From NCBI GenBank assembly GCA_025558095.1, contig JAIVFI010000020.1:434001-498000 (forward strand): 64,000 nt of DNA, in the 5' to 3' direction. Below, piece after piece: positions 1 to 12,400 of this stretch; the stretch's first letter is position 1, and each line of letters starts with the position of its first letter. The translations under genes were made by a program, and so were the position numbers. The notes below the pieces were generated by a model. That model was not told where the DNA came from. It saw only the letters and a program-made list of their open reading frames with translations, and did no database searches. The stretch comes from Hyaloraphidium curvatum SAG 235-1. Lineage: Eukaryota > Fungi > Monoblepharomycota.

Positions 1-188
1 TTCGGGTTGCGCCTCGTTGAACCATCGCGTGGACGTTTGGGAAGCAAGCTGCGGAGAGGGACGCGTTGCCGGTTCCCTGCCACCACGGGGACCGGAGCGC
101 TCTCTTGGCGGAAGCTGACACTTCAACGGCATTTAGAATTATAGGGTCTCATGGCAGTTTACAGGTGGAGGTGCGGGGTATGGGGGTG

Positions 189-2468
189 TCATCGTGCTCG
201 CTCAAGGAAGCGCTGGAGCTGCGTGTAGTCGTCGTTCGTGGCAATGGAGAGCTGGAGGAGACGATGTCAGAAGCTACTCGAAGTCGTCGCCGAGGCACCT
301 ACGGATCCAATGTCGAGGATGTGGACGCGCCCGTCCGAGGAACCGATGGCGCTCCGCCGTCCGTCCGGCGTCCAGGCGAGCTTGTTGAGGGCGACACCGC
401 CACCGTCGATGTAGGTGCTGACGATGGGAATCTGCGGGAACGGTGCTTCAGGCAGGCACGGGGATCATTGGGGTGGAAAACCCACCTCGGCATCCTGGTT
501 CAGGTTGTAGATGTCGAAACGGCCACTGCCGTCCACAGAGGCAAACACTGCGGGGTGCGAGGGCGACCACTTGACGTCGTACACGTGGTCGTCCGACTCG
601 GCGAAGGTGAGGATCGGGGCAAAGGTCTCGGGTGCCGTAGTGGCCTTGTTGAGTGTCTAGGCCACGGCACGAACGCCCGGATCAGCGCCAGTCCACAGCC
701 GACCGTTCCAATCCCCACCTTTGCCCTCCAGAGGCTGATGGTCCAGTCCACCGACGACGTGAGGAAGTAGTTGGACAGGTTCGCGGGCCCGAACAGCGGG
801 TGGAAGCTGATGCCCGTCACCGCAGCCGCGTGGCCTCGGTAGGCGTCGTTGATCCCCGCCTTGCTCCCGGCCTGGTCGTAGCGGTTCACCTGGTACACCG
901 CGCCCTCCTCCGTTCCCACCCAGAACGTCGCGGTCTCGTTGTCGGGCAGCGCGAGGCAGGTCACTGCCACCTCGTCCGTCTTTGGGTGCGCGGGGCGGGA
1001 GAGCTCCAGCGTCTCCTGTGGCTGCGCAAGCATGTCCAGCTGCCACGAGGCCACGAGGCCGTCTGTGCTGGCCGAGAGGAGGGAGTGGGCGTTGTGGGTG
1101 CCGGTCACAGCTAGGGAGTAAACCGGGTGCGTGTGGCCCGAGCCCGTCAGAGGGGTCTTGAGCACCGGGTCCGCCTTTGCGCGCGTGTCCCAAAGAACGA
1201 TCTGGCCCGAGTAAGTGCCGCCGATGACCATGTTGGGGTGGAACGGCGAGAACATGGCCGTCATGACGTCGGACTGGTGAATAAGGACTGGTTGAGCAAT
1301 GGCGGAGGGCGCTGAAAGCGTCGAAAACCCACCTGAGCCCGGAAAACAAACTCTGGTCGTGCTTGGAGGTGCACGTTCCAGACCAAAGCGAGCCCGTCCG
1401 CCTCGCCGGCAGCCAGCGAGCTCCGGTTGTACGAGGCGACCACCAGCTCCGGGTAGGCGGCCGAGAAGGAGCAGTCCGTGACGGAACGATGCCGCGTCAG
1501 CCGCTCGTCAGAAAACTGGAGGACGGCCTTGACGGATTTGCCCGCGTCCGCGTCGCTGGGTAACGGCGGTGAGGGAACGCTGGGAAGGTCGATTTAGGGG
1601 AGCCACGCACCGGTCCGACCCGACCCCGACGGTGTAGTCTTTCATGTAGTCGTACGGTTCCGACAGCATCCGCTCCACGACCTTGGAGGAGCGGTCGATA
1701 AAGTCGAGGAAAGGTTCCGAGGCCATGATTTGCTGCTTCTCCTCGTCGGCGAGTTCTGGGGGACCCGGTAGGTCTAGCGTCGCCACCAAGCGTGTAGGGA
1801 CCGACAGCAACGCACCCCGTGGCGGCGGTGGCGCCTGCGCCCCGTCCGCCAATTCATTCGCCGGTTCCATCTCCTGGATGCTCATCGAGGCCACGCCTGA
1901 CACGAGCGTGTCCGACGCCGACTCTGCCGCCTTGGTCGGCGGCACATCCTCCGTCTCGACCTCGACGGTCTGCACCTCCTTTGAGTAGGTGACGCGTTCC
2001 CGCGGGGCGAGGTCTACCGCGGCGACGACGGCCACGGAAAGCGTGGGTGCGGGGCGGGGTGCCGGGCTGGGGACGCGTCGTCAGGTGCGTGAACACGGGG
2101 CGCGGTGGTGAGATCGGCACCTCTCCGGGGCTGCCGACGACGGTGGACGTGCAGCGTCGTCAGGAACGTCCGGCGGCGAGGACAGCGCGGGGCTGGGGGT
2201 TGCCAGCCTGTCGCCGACCAGCTGCGCGACCAGCGCTTCGACATCGTCCGCGCGGGCGGCGGCCGGGGCGGGTGCAGCAGCCGGGGCCGCAGCCGGGGCC
2301 TGGCCGATCCATGCGAGGGAGAGCGGGCGGTTAGAGCGGAGGGCGGATTCGGGCCGCGCGGCCCACCTCAGCGTCGGGTGCCGGCGCCGCCCGCCGCTCC
2401 TCGCGCGCCTTGCGCAGCTCCGCGAGCTTGGCGCGCTTCGCCTCGAGCTCGGCCTTGCGCTTGTCCAT
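189..2468 (-). CDS. Cytoplasmic dynein intermediate chain (WD40), multi-exon
   Basis: N-terminus [25 protein letters not shown]; TYSKEVQT light-chain-binding segment; WD40 repeats [32 protein letters not shown]; last exon [20 protein letters not shown] with stop at 189-191. Confidence 0.92.
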
Positions 2469-2527
2469 CGCAACTGCGGCGGCCAATGTGACGGGCTTCT
2501 GAGAGGTGTCCCCGGATATCGATCAAT

Positions 2528-4054
2528 ATGATGCAGGGGCAGGGGGTCGCCCGCCCCGCTCCGGGCGGCGCGCCCGACGGGCAGCGGCTCGCCGACGCGG
2601 CGGTCGCGGCGCTGCTCGTCGCGGCGGGGCTGCCGGCCGCGGACCGCGCGGCGCTGCGCGCGCTCGAGGCGCTGTTCGAGGCGTACCTGCTCGACCTGCT
2701 CGCGGCGGTCCACGGCCACGCGGAGCACGCGCACCGCACGAAGCCCAACGTGCTCGACGTCGGCCTCGCGCTGCAGGAGCGCGGCATCGCCGTCGCCGAC
2801 CTGCGGGCGCACGCCGCCGCCTGGCGCCCAAAGGGCCCCCGCCAGCCCATGGCCCCGCGCGGCAGGCCGCCCGTGCGCGACTTCATCCCGCGCCCGAACC
2901 CCGTCGTCGCAGACCAGATCCCGCCGCGCCCAAAGTACCTGCTGCCGTACTCGCCGCCGCTGCCGTACCGCTACACCTTCGATCGCACGCCCGCGCCGCC
3001 GCCCGAGCCGCCCAGCGAGGCTGACCTGCGCGCCGCGGAGCTGGCCCGCATGCGCGACGTGCGCTCGCATCTGCTCGCCATGATGGCCTCGCAGCGCGAG
3101 ATGTTCCCCGAGCTCATCGGCTTTGCCAACTACGAGCTGGCCGCGGACGTTCGCGCCCTCATCGCAAAGGGAACCCTCAAGACCCCGGACATGCCAGACT
3201 GGGCGGCAGAGGCCGCCGCGGCAGCCGAAGCAGCAGCAGCCGCGCGCGAGGCGGACGCCGTGAACGCGGCAAACGCCGCCATGTCGCAGTGGGAGGCCGC
3301 GGGGCTGCCCTCGGAGCAGCAGCTGAGCAGCCTGGACCGCTTTCCGTCCCCCGGTGACGCGTTTCGGCCGCCTTCGACCCAACCGGGCGATTCGCCGTCA
3401 CAACCGTCGCAGCCGCCATCTGCCCAGCCGCCGCCGTCGGAGCCTTTCCCCGCCGCTTCGCCGGAGCTCGTTTTCCCGGAACAGGTCCCGCAGCCTTCTC
3501 TTGCGGAGTCCCGCCCGGAACATTCGCAATCTTTGGAACCGATGGCTATGGAGTTTCCCGATACCCTTGGCCGCGATACCCAGCTCCCGCAAGGGGAGCC
3601 CGACACCGCATCGGCGCCAGGCGTTGAAGCGCCTCGCGACCTGCCCGCACCTGCGGAACCTGCCGCGCCTGCGGTGATCTCGGACGAGCCAATGCCGCAG
3701 GCCGAACCCGAGCCGATCGGACGCGCGGAGCCTGTTGTGGACGAGCGGCCTCATGTCGAGCCCTTGACAGGAGAGCCAGCTGCGGGAGTAGGGTCGCCGG
3801 GAACCCTGGGTCCCGTGGAGGAAACGAGCGTTGTCGCACCCGTCGTGGAAGTGCAACAACCGCCTACGGCACCCGTTTTGGAGGAACCGCAGCCACCTGT
3901 GGTTTCTGCCCAGGAGGGAGCTGGGTTGGCCGAGACCGGTGGGGCGGACCAGGCATCCGCCGCGGCACCGCAGCCAGTCGCCGAAGCGGCGGCTGTACCG
4001 CCACCCGCAGATGTGCACTCGGACGACGAAGAGGACTTTATGGTGGTGGACTGA
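2528..4054 (+). CDS. TAF8: TFIID subunit TAF8-like (bromodomain-associated histone fold, TAF8 proline motif, long Pro/Glu-rich tail)
   Basis: Intronless 508-aa ORF with histone-fold segment (AEHAHRTKPNVLDVGLAL) and YLLPYSPPLPYRYTFDRTP, which resembles the TAF8 C-terminal motif. Confidence 0.7.
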   Translation: MMQGQGVARPAPGGAPDGQRLADAAVAALLVAAGLPAADRAALRALEALFEAYLLDLLAAVHGHAEHAHRTKPNVLDVGLALQERGIAVADLRAHAAAWRPKGPRQPMAPRGRPPVRDFIPRPNPVVADQIPPRPKYLLPYSPPLPYRYTFDRTPAPPPEPPSEADLRAAELARMRDVRSHLLAMMASQREMFPELIGFANYELAADVRALIAKGTLKTPDMPDWAAEAAAAAEAAAAAREADAVNAANAAMSQWEAAGLPSEQQLSSLDRFPSPGDAFRPPSTQPGDSPSQPSQPPSAQPPPSEPFPAASPELVFPEQVPQPSLAESRPEHSQSLEPMAMEFPDTLGRDTQLPQGEPDTASAPGVEAPRDLPAPAEPAAPAVISDEPMPQAEPEPIGRAEPVVDERPHVEPLTGEPAAGVGSPGTLGPVEETSVVAPVVEVQQPPTAPVLEEPQPPVVSAQEGAGLAETGGADQASAAAPQPVAEAAAVPPPADVHSDDEEDFMVVD

Positions 4055-4135
4055 GGGTGTCACGCTCGGCGGATGGGTGTATAGCGAGGTGTATTTACTC
4101 TCGTGCAACACGAGTCGAGCCCAGCAGTTCCACAA

Positions 4136-5001
4136 TCACTCTGCGTGCGGAGAAGGAGATCAGGGTCGTGCAAGAGCGCAAGAGCAGCAAACACGTACTC
4201 AGAGGGATGAAGCGAGAGCTGTGCGTGGCACCGATACCCGGCCGCCCGTGCTTGACGGGCTTGTACGAGATCGAGAACTCGGCGAGGTAGTGGCCAATCA
4301 TCTCCGGCTTGATTTCAACCTGGTTGAAAGTCTTGCCGTTGTAGACGCCGACCACGCTGCCGATCATCTCGGGCACCACGATCATGTTGCGCAGGTGCGT
4401 CTTGACGACGGCCGGCTTCTCGTTCGGCTGAGCCTCCTTCTTCGACTTCCGCAGCTTCTTGATCAGGCCCATCGGCTTCCTCTTCAGCCCACGCTGGAAC
4501 TTCCGGCGCGCCCGCGAGTGCATGAGGTCGATGAGCTGCGCGTCGGGGCACGGGTGAGCGGGGCCAGCCGGGGTGGTGCGTCCGGACCGCGTACCTGCTC
4601 CGAGCTCAGGTCCAGCAGCTGGTCCAGGTCAACCCCGCGGTAGGAGTACTTCCTGAAGGTCCGCTTCTTCTGTCCCCCGGCGGCGGCCTCCTCCTCGTGC
4701 AGGTTCTCGGCGTCGGCCTGGTGCGGACCCGTCAGCACCGGCACACCACATCACGCGCCCGCGGCCGGCGAGCCCGCGGCAGAGAGGCGGCAGTTGATCT
4801 CCAGAAGCGGCATAAATGGCCCACGGGGTCCCAGGCGGGGGCAGGGCGTCGGGGCACGGCTGGCGCGCTTCTGCCGACACGACGGGAGCGGCCCGTCCCC
4901 GCCCAGACCACCACGCCAGCGTCCGCCGATGCCGCAGCCAGTGCTCCCTCGCCGCCTCCTCCGCCTCGCGTCCGCCGGCAGCAGCAGCAGGCACCAACCA
5001 T
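4136..5001 (-). CDS. RPS15: 40S ribosomal protein uS19 (S15)
   Basis: [54 protein letters not shown]; ATG-only first exon at 4999-5001 followed by a ~280-nt intron; last exon is only AG+TGA (4136-4140). Confidence 0.96.
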
Positions 5002-5086
5002 CGTGAATGAAGCGTGTTCCGCGCGCCTGCGATCGGACTGCACACACAAACTTCGCACCCTAAATTCCAAAAGTCCCTTACATACC

Positions 5087-6205
5087 ATGGACCACCTCCC
5101 GCCCGCACTGGTCCATTTCCTCGCCGAACACGGCCTAGAAGACAGCTATGCTCTGGCGGGGCAGGTGCCGCGGTACCTCCGCCTCCGGACACGGCCCCAG
5201 CGGCCCGGACACGGCACGGACGCCCCACCGAGGAGCCTGCAGGAGGCGCGCGAGCGGCTCGAGGCGGAGCTCGGCGTCGCGCTCGCCGAGGTCCCCTGGT
5301 TGAGGGGCTTCTATTCCCTCGACGCCTCGGTGCGCATCTCGACCATGCCGATGTACAAGCGCGGCTGGGCCGTCGGCATGGACGCCGCCAGCGGCCTGTG
5401 CGTGCGGGCCCTCGACATTGCGGCCGACGACCGCGTGCTGGACCTGTGCTGCGCCCCGGGGATCAAGCTGTGCGCCATTGCGGACGAGCTGGAGGTCCGT
5501 GCAGGTGTCGGGAGCGTGACGGGCGTGGACGTTTCCGAGAAGCGGCTGGTCGTGTGCCGGTCACAGGTGCGGAAGATGGGCGTCACCCGCTGCCGGCTCT
5601 TTTGCGCGGATGGGACCGCGTTCGGCGTACCTCCGCCTTTCTTGGATTGGACACTGTGCCCAGATGGGGCTCGCAGCTCGGGGACGCCTGCTGCCGCCAA
5701 GCGGAAGCCGTTCTACGCCTCAAGACTACTGGCATCGCCGCTGTGCGATGCGGGAAGCCCTCGCTTGTACAACAAAGTCCTCGTCGATGCCGACTGCACG
5801 ACCGAGGGCTCACTCAACCACGTGCGAAAGATGGCGCAGTGGACCAAGGAGCACGGGGGCGACGGGGAGCTTCTCGCCGGCCGCCCCTTTGCGGCCGAGG
5901 ATCTGCCCGAGCTCCAGTTTGCCTTGCTCGAGAACAGTTTCCGCATGTGCGAACCCGGCGGCGTCATCGTCTACAGCACGTGCTCCCTGACGCGCCAGCA
6001 AAACGAGGAAGTTGTGGCCCGCTTCCTGGAGGCGCATGGCAACGAAGCGGAACTGGACGAGCTCCCGTTTGACAGAACCACCCCAAAGTCCTGGCGATCG
6101 TTTGCCGCACAGTACCCCGCCGCGATGAATATGGACCGGACATGGCGCTTCGATCCGAGCACGCAAACAAGCGGACTGTTCATCGCTCGGTTCCGGCGAA
6201 GGTAA
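5087..6205 (+). CDS. NOL1/NOP2/Sun (RsmB/RsmF family) RNA cytosine-C5 methyltransferase
   Basis: Motifs MDAAS, VLDLCCAPGIK, VLVDADC, IVYSTCSL...QNEEVV, TSGLFIARF; likely start MDHLPP at 5087. Confidence 0.9.
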   Translation: MDHLPPALVHFLAEHGLEDSYALAGQVPRYLRLRTRPQRPGHGTDAPPRSLQEARERLEAELGVALAEVPWLRGFYSLDASVRISTMPMYKRGWAVGMDAASGLCVRALDIAADDRVLDLCCAPGIKLCAIADELEVRAGVGSVTGVDVSEKRLVVCRSQVRKMGVTRCRLFCADGTAFGVPPPFLDWTLCPDGARSSGTPAAAKRKPFYASRLLASPLCDAGSPRLYNKVLVDADCTTEGSLNHVRKMAQWTKEHGGDGELLAGRPFAAEDLPELQFALLENSFRMCEPGGVIVYSTCSLTRQQNEEVVARFLEAHGNEAELDELPFDRTTPKSWRSFAAQYPAAMNMDRTWRFDPSTQTSGLFIARFRRR

Positions 6206-6233
6206 GGTCGGATAACGTCGGGCGAATGAAATC

Positions 6234-7684
6234 TCACGTGGATTTTTGCCTCTTTGCCGGCGGTCCGTCGTCCGGAGCCTCGGGCGCTACAGTCCTCTGG
6301 GCAAAGAACCCCACGCGATCGGACCGGTTTTCCTCCTCGCTGCTCCTCCCCGCGTCCCCGCTTTCCGTCGCGGGGGACTCCGGGTCCAGATCGATCACAT
6401 CGTCCGTCCCGACTTCCGCGGGCCGCGATGGCCCCCCTTTGCTCCGCCTGGCTGTCTCCGTCAGCTGGGCAAACAGCTGGCTGTTGGCCCGCAGGTAGGC
6501 CTTTCCGTCAAACTTCGCAGGGTCGATCTTGTCCTTGCCCAGCTGTGTGACGCTCGAAGGCCGGCTGTTTTCGATCTGCCTCTCCCATCGGACCACCTCG
6601 TCAACGATCCGCCTCGTCGGCTTCGGGACCTCCGAGTCCAGGTTAGCGTTGTACCGAAGGATAAACTCCGAAAGCCGGCGTATCAAGGTCCCCCGCGTTC
6701 CCACTTCGGCCAAACCGTGCTTCTTGCAGTGTTCCCGCAGCTTCTTGTCATTCACTAGAGGACAGACGGTGTCACGAAACGAAACCCGCCCACGGCCTTT
6801 CAGGCCACCCACGGATGTCAAACACCAAGGGCGGTATGCGGGTCCGTTCGTCCCCGGATGCCCCTTGCGCGAACCCCGGTTTCGCAGACACGACCTTCTT
6901 CGGAGCCCCTTTGTTGTCTCGGGCGCTGAGGGGTTGAATGCTCGGCATGCTTCCCGCTCGCGGAAACAGAGGGCCGCACCTCGACTGCGGGGCAAAGAAG
7001 GCCGTAACGTCGGATCCGCTTCCCTTTCGTGCCAGGAAAGGGTCCGGCGTGCAGTTCTTGTCGAGGTGCTTGTTCATGTACTGCATCCGGACGTCGTTGT
7101 TGCAGATCGGACACTTCACGACCTCCTGAGCTGGCGGGTCGTCAATGACGACCACGCCATCGTCCACGACGCTGTCTTCCGCTGCTTGTGCGGCCTGTGG
7201 CGGGACCGAAGTGGCCGAGGGTGCTGCGGCGATGACCTGGCCTTCCGGGACCGGACCCGGTCGCGGCTGCGCCGCGGACCTCGCCAGCTCGAGCACAGCG
7301 TCTCTGGAAGTCCTCGTGAGCCCAAGCAAGGAGGATCGCGTGGAGCCTCCTATCCCACCGAGAACGAGTCCTCCATGCCGTGACCACGCGCTCCAAATCC
7401 CGGTTCACGCGGATCTTGGTCTCGTCGGCGGGATCGCGGCATATGGGGCAGATGCTGGACTCCTGCACAGCTTTGCGCACGCAGTAGGAGCAACCGGAAT
7501 GGAGGCAAGAGACCAGCGTAAGCGGTGGGTAGCTGCGAGCGCAGACGCTCGTCAGACGCAGCGAAGCACGAGCAGAGGTCTCTGCCCACTCCGAGTAGAG
7601 CTCCTTGCAGATTGGACATCGCATCGCATTGTCGAGCTCCCGGAGGCACTCGAGTTGGGCCGGGAAGTCCGAGGGGTCGTCCAT
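6234..7684 (-). CDS. RAD18: Postreplication repair E3 ligase Rad18 (RING, UBZ4, SAP)
   Basis: MDDPSDF...LDNAMRCPICKELY RING, CLHSGCSYCVRK...CPIC; UBZ CPICNNDVRMQYMNKHLDKNC; SAP-like KKLREHCKKHGL...LRYNANLDS. Confidence 0.88.
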
Positions 7685-7770
7685 TGAGGTGACCCTCCGG
7701 GGACGTGGGTCCCTTAGTGACGAACGCGGATGAGCGCTCCAGGTTCGACAAAGGGGTCTAAATTATACGT

Positions 7771-8552
7771 CTACATCTCGTACGGTATCCGTCCCAAGCC
7801 CTCCTCTTTGACGGTGCCGATCGCCGACTAAAGCACCGGCAGAGAGGCGTTGAGCGCGGCTCGCCACCAGAAGGACCAAAGACCTACGAATGACTGGGCC
7901 TCGGGTTTCAAGCCGACAATCCGCAGTCGAACGTGCTCGTCTTTCGCAATCTTCCATGACGCAGACTGGCCAGGTGCTCCCGCGTGAGGGGCGCATCACC
8001 GACCACCGCCTCACCTTACCTCTGGGTGGTCCTCCGGGTACACAAACTCCTGAGCGCCCATCGAGGTGTCGAAACGCATATCTGGCGACATCGACTTCGT
8101 GGCAAGGGCTCCGGGATGAGTCTGCGGCCTTTCCACGCCGCGACCGCGCCTTACGTAGGTCGAAACAAACACCTCCAGGGGTCCCACGTCTGCGAAAAAG
8201 CCCTGCAAAAGGCACAACGGATGCTCAGAACCCAAGCCCATCCCGCCGAAACGCTCCGATGCCGCACGACTTTAGAGACTTGCGTGATTTTCCCATCGAC
8301 CACCTGGTTCACAAACGGTCGGAAGACGACGGCCTGGTACCGAATGAGGTACTCTGCGCAGCCCGTCCCGACCTGAATAACGCCCGGTTGAACATCGTCA
8401 ACCTTGAGGACGGCGATGATGTAGCCGAAACGCCCATCGCAGGTGCCCTCCTTCTCCTGAGCAACACGCCTCTTCAGCTCCTCCCGAATCCCCGCCCCAA
8501 AGTACTGCGGTTGCAGCAGAATAGTATGCGTCAAGTCCTTCAGGAAGAACAT
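7771..8552 (-). CDS. RPB7: RNA polymerase II subunit Rpb7
   Basis: MFFLKDLTHTILLQPQYFG, EGTCDGRFGYII, YQAVVFRPF, GFFADVGPL, C-terminal AIGTVKEEGLG. Confidence 0.94.
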
Positions 8553-8962
8553 GACGCTCAAGAGTGTCCGGCGGCCCTCAGACTGATATGCGGGCCGCGT
8601 CGCAGAGGAGTCCCGTGCCGTCCACGCCCTCCAGGCCCCAGAAGGGGCGTAACCACTAATGTGCCCTCAGCGATGGCAGCTCTCCAATGGAATTCTGCAG
8701 CGCTTTTGGTGTGCCGAAACGCACAACGCGGTCAACTACTGGTCGCGGACGCGTCTGACGCCGCGCCCATCAACACCGCGCGAACTCCTCGCCCACATCG
8801 GGGAGGCCACCAGCGTTCCTCTTTTGCAACCCGGAGCACGTTATTGGAACCTCTGGAGGACTTTGAAAACGCTGAATACGCCGTATCCGTGGCTGCACGA
8901 GGCAGAACCGCGACAATCGAACAAGTGTCTAGGAGCACACGGAGATTGCTCGTTGACCTGCG

Positions 8963-9386
8963 ATGAATGTGCGCTACCCACGGCTAGCCGTATTCTACTG
9001 TCCGAAGTGCAAGTGGGGGCTCAGAGCGTCGTACACGGCTCAGGAGGTGCGTTACCAAGGCGTTACGATCGCGGTTCGCACGGCATCTGAAGGGTCCTTC
9101 ACGGGGCTAGTTCCTGGAATCATTTGCCGATTTGCTTGGAGAGGTTGCGCTGGTGCCTGGCGCGAGCGGTCAATTCACGATAACGGTCCGAAGTTCCGAG
9201 GACGCGGAAGCGGTGGTTCTGTGGGACCGAAAAGCCGCCGGAGGATTTGAGAACCAACCTACGATTGCGCAGCTGAAGAAGCAGCTCCGTGACATAGTTG
9301 CGCCGACCGCGGCACTGCCTGAACACGTGGTTAGGGCAGCGGGGTCGGCGGCGGACGCAGCTGGCGCACCGCGCGCCGAGGGTTAG
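8963..9386 (+). CDS. Rdx (SelW/SelT-like) thioredoxin-fold protein, Cys form
   Basis: YCPKCKWGLRASYTAQE, EVALVPGASGQF, LWDRKAAGGF, LKKQLRDIV; one intron at ~9047-9107. Confidence 0.85.
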
Positions 9387-9415
9387 ACAATCGGGGACGA
9401 ACCAAAGGGCCACTC

Positions 9416-12400
9416 ATGGATTACGTGGGTGCACTGGGCCGCATCGACAAGGGAATCCTTCTCGCGGTGGATGAAGTGATTCGAGAGATGGTAGGGGTGG
9501 GTTACGTTACTGCGCAACGCGACGTTGAGCAACTGCCAGGACACGTGGCGAATGTTCCTGCCGACCTTGATAATGGGCGGTCATGTTGATCTGGAGACCA
9601 GGCCGTCACAGGCATCCGCGGAGGTGAGCCAACAATCGTCGCCCAACCGGACGCTACGGGTGCCAACCAAAGCTCCAGCTGGATCTTGCCATCGCGGCAT
9701 CGCGTGTGAATCCGGTACGATTATTGGCCAGATCGACCGAGTTCATGACGCACACGGTCGCGTTCCCGAACGGACTTGCAGAGCCCTCGTTGGAAGACAC
9801 GATGACTGCTTTGCTGGCGAAGCTATTGCTCTGCTTGCGGCACCACACCACGGGACCCGAAGCAGAAGCACAGGAGACTTTGGATCGTCACGTCCGGGAC
9901 TTACCGGAACAGACGCCGGCGCTTCTGGTGGCCGCAATCGGACTTCTCCTGGTGGATTCCGTCGATCCAAAAGTAGGTCCCGCACCATCTTTGAAGGACG
10001 TTGCTCAGCGGCATAGGTCTTCCTCCAATGCGCCTTGCTTGCCGAGCATGCTCCGGCAAGTCTGGCGCTCCCCGTGGTCTTGAATCAGCCCTGGCTCTTG
10101 GAAGAGCTGCCCGGAATCGCCGTTGACCTGGCCCGCTCTCGACCGGAAAAGCGGAACCACTGTCGTGACGCTCTCCGCACCGTTCTGCATGCGCTGCCCG
10201 AACCGCGTTACTCTAGGGCGTTGCAAGCTGCCCTCGTTGTGGAAAGGACGTGGGGCGGACTGTTGCTCGAGTGCTCTGTTCGGCTTAATGAAGACCCAGT
10301 GAGAACCTTGAAGGAGGGGCAACATGCCATGAGATCTAACGAAGCCGTGTGCAGACCGATGTTCTGATTGCAGCGCTCCAAGGACATTCGCTGACTTGGC
10401 TTGGGGACGAGATGCCGCACACGCAGGTGGTCGCATCACAGATGCAGGACCTGGTGTTCAAGAGGATCGAGTCGCTTGTGGTTAGTCCATGTCCTGGAAG
10501 GGTGTGGCAATGGATCACCGATCGATTGTCCAGGAGGATGGAGAGTCGGCGCAGGTCCGGCTCGCATCCTACTTGCGCGCCGTGTGTGGTCTAGTCGGGG
10601 TGTTCGGCACTGCGCTCACGAAGGATCAGGCCAACACCTGTATGGTGACCATTCGCCTGTGCAAAAGCCCACGGTGAGCTCACTGCATGCGCAGCGGCAT
10701 GTTTTTGACAGCATGGGTACCGAATGCCAGGCTGGCCGAGGTCTCAATGTGCTTGGTCGTGCTGTGTTGTGCAAGTTTCAGCATGCCTCAGCTCGGCGAT
10801 CTTGTCGGCCGCTTGCTTGCGCTTGGAGCCGGCGACTTTTGCGCTCTCGTTGCAATCCGCTTCAGGGCATCGTTCTTCGAAGAGTTGCGTAGCAATCTAC
10901 AAGACGTCTTGCAGATGCCCATCAGCATCCCCGATTCCTGCTTGGGAGTCATGGCGCGGGTGTTTGCGAGCACGGCGGTACCGGAGGACCTCATTTCAAG
11001 AGCGCTCGATCCGGCTGCTCTCTCGGAGCAATCTCTCGAGGCGTCCATCAGCGTCGCAGCACAACTTTGCAAGGGATTGGGGAGCAACCAGCTCCGCTCC
11101 GTGTCGTCGGGGTCGCTGCAACGTTGGGTCTTCCGTGCCATGCAGCTTTCTACCGGAACGGTGCATTCCGAGCTCCCGAGCCTTGTTCGGCAATGCGCCA
11201 AACTGTGGGTCTGTCGCACGTGGTGTCGCATGCTTTCTCATGGGCGCGCGTCCAGTGCTTTGCGGTCAGATTCCTCGTCCAAGATATCGGCGCAGCTGGT
11301 TCTTTCCGTCATGAGATCAGGTGCTGCTTCGCCGTCCACGAAAGTTCTCCTTTTGCTGTACCTCCTCGAGTACCAAAGCACGCTGGTTTTTGGTGACTTT
11401 GCCGGTGAGTTACCTGCGCCTGGTGACTACGCCGTGCTGAGTTCTTGCTGCAGAAGTCGCCGTCGGGAACGAGTACCCGCCGACTATGTGGAACGCTGTG
11501 CCGATCAGGGAGCTGTGGCTGGGAAGTTCGCGATCTTCTGACCGAGCTATCCGCGACGACGTCTACCCCGTCCTAACCGGATTGCTTTTGAGGAGCCGAC
11601 CTCAGCTTCTCAACCCTGTTCCTTTGGTTCGGGCACATCTGGAAGCGGGGTTTGTGGAACCGCTGAACCGCCTGCGACATCGGTGCTGACCACGCTTGTA
11701 GGGATCTTGGCCATACATCTTTGCGCGTTCCGAACCTGCTTATAGAGCTGCGCAACGCCGCATCCGACACTGCGAAGACCCTACCAGGTTGGTTCTTCGG
11801 CCACTTTAAGATCCTGAGCTCATGCGCACCAACTGCAGTTGTTCGCCGGCTTCATTCGCTTGCGCCCGCGGAGGTTGCTCAGCACGCTGGCGATCTTCTG
11901 GGATTGCTCATTCCGAAAGCGCTTTCATCAAGGTACCCGACTCCCGGATGAGTGCGCAGAAAACTGAACCGCCGTACGCCTGTAGAGATTCCGTCCTTCT
12001 CGCCGAGGTCGAATCGCTTTGGCATTCCATTTTCCCGTTCTCCAGCGACCAGTATCTCATTGCGACGGTCAATCTGCTCCGCAAACCGGGATCCAGGTGG
12101 CTGCTACTGATGATATTTCTAAAGTTGCTGCTGGCTAAGCTTGTTCTCCAGGCCTGTAGGTTGGGAGGAGCTGGTCATCGATCCGCTCGTCTTGTTTCAG
12201 TGTTCGGATGCTGTCTTTCGATCTGCCTCCCTCGTTCGCATTTTCCTTGCAGTAAGTTTTCTTTCGATTCTGAGCGCCGGATCCGCGCTAAGGCTTGCTC
12301 CAGATCCTCACGACCTTCCGAAGCGCATCACGATCCGCGTACGATGCCCTTTACCGGGTCGAGAGTCGGAAGACGGTGAGAACCCAATACAGTAGCAAAG

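Noticed and set aside
2081-3382. Long antisense or alternate-frame ORFs (e.g. 2081-3382, 7890-8966, 40769-41827, 43302-44618)
   Set aside because: Shadow ORFs caused by high GC opposite real genes; Arg/Pro/Gly-rich with no motifs.
8963-9386. Possible selenoprotein, since some early-diverging fungi use Sec
   Set aside because: The redox motif is TGT-CCG-AAG-TGC (CPKC) with no in-frame TGA, and there is no room for a SECIS before the next ATG at 9416.
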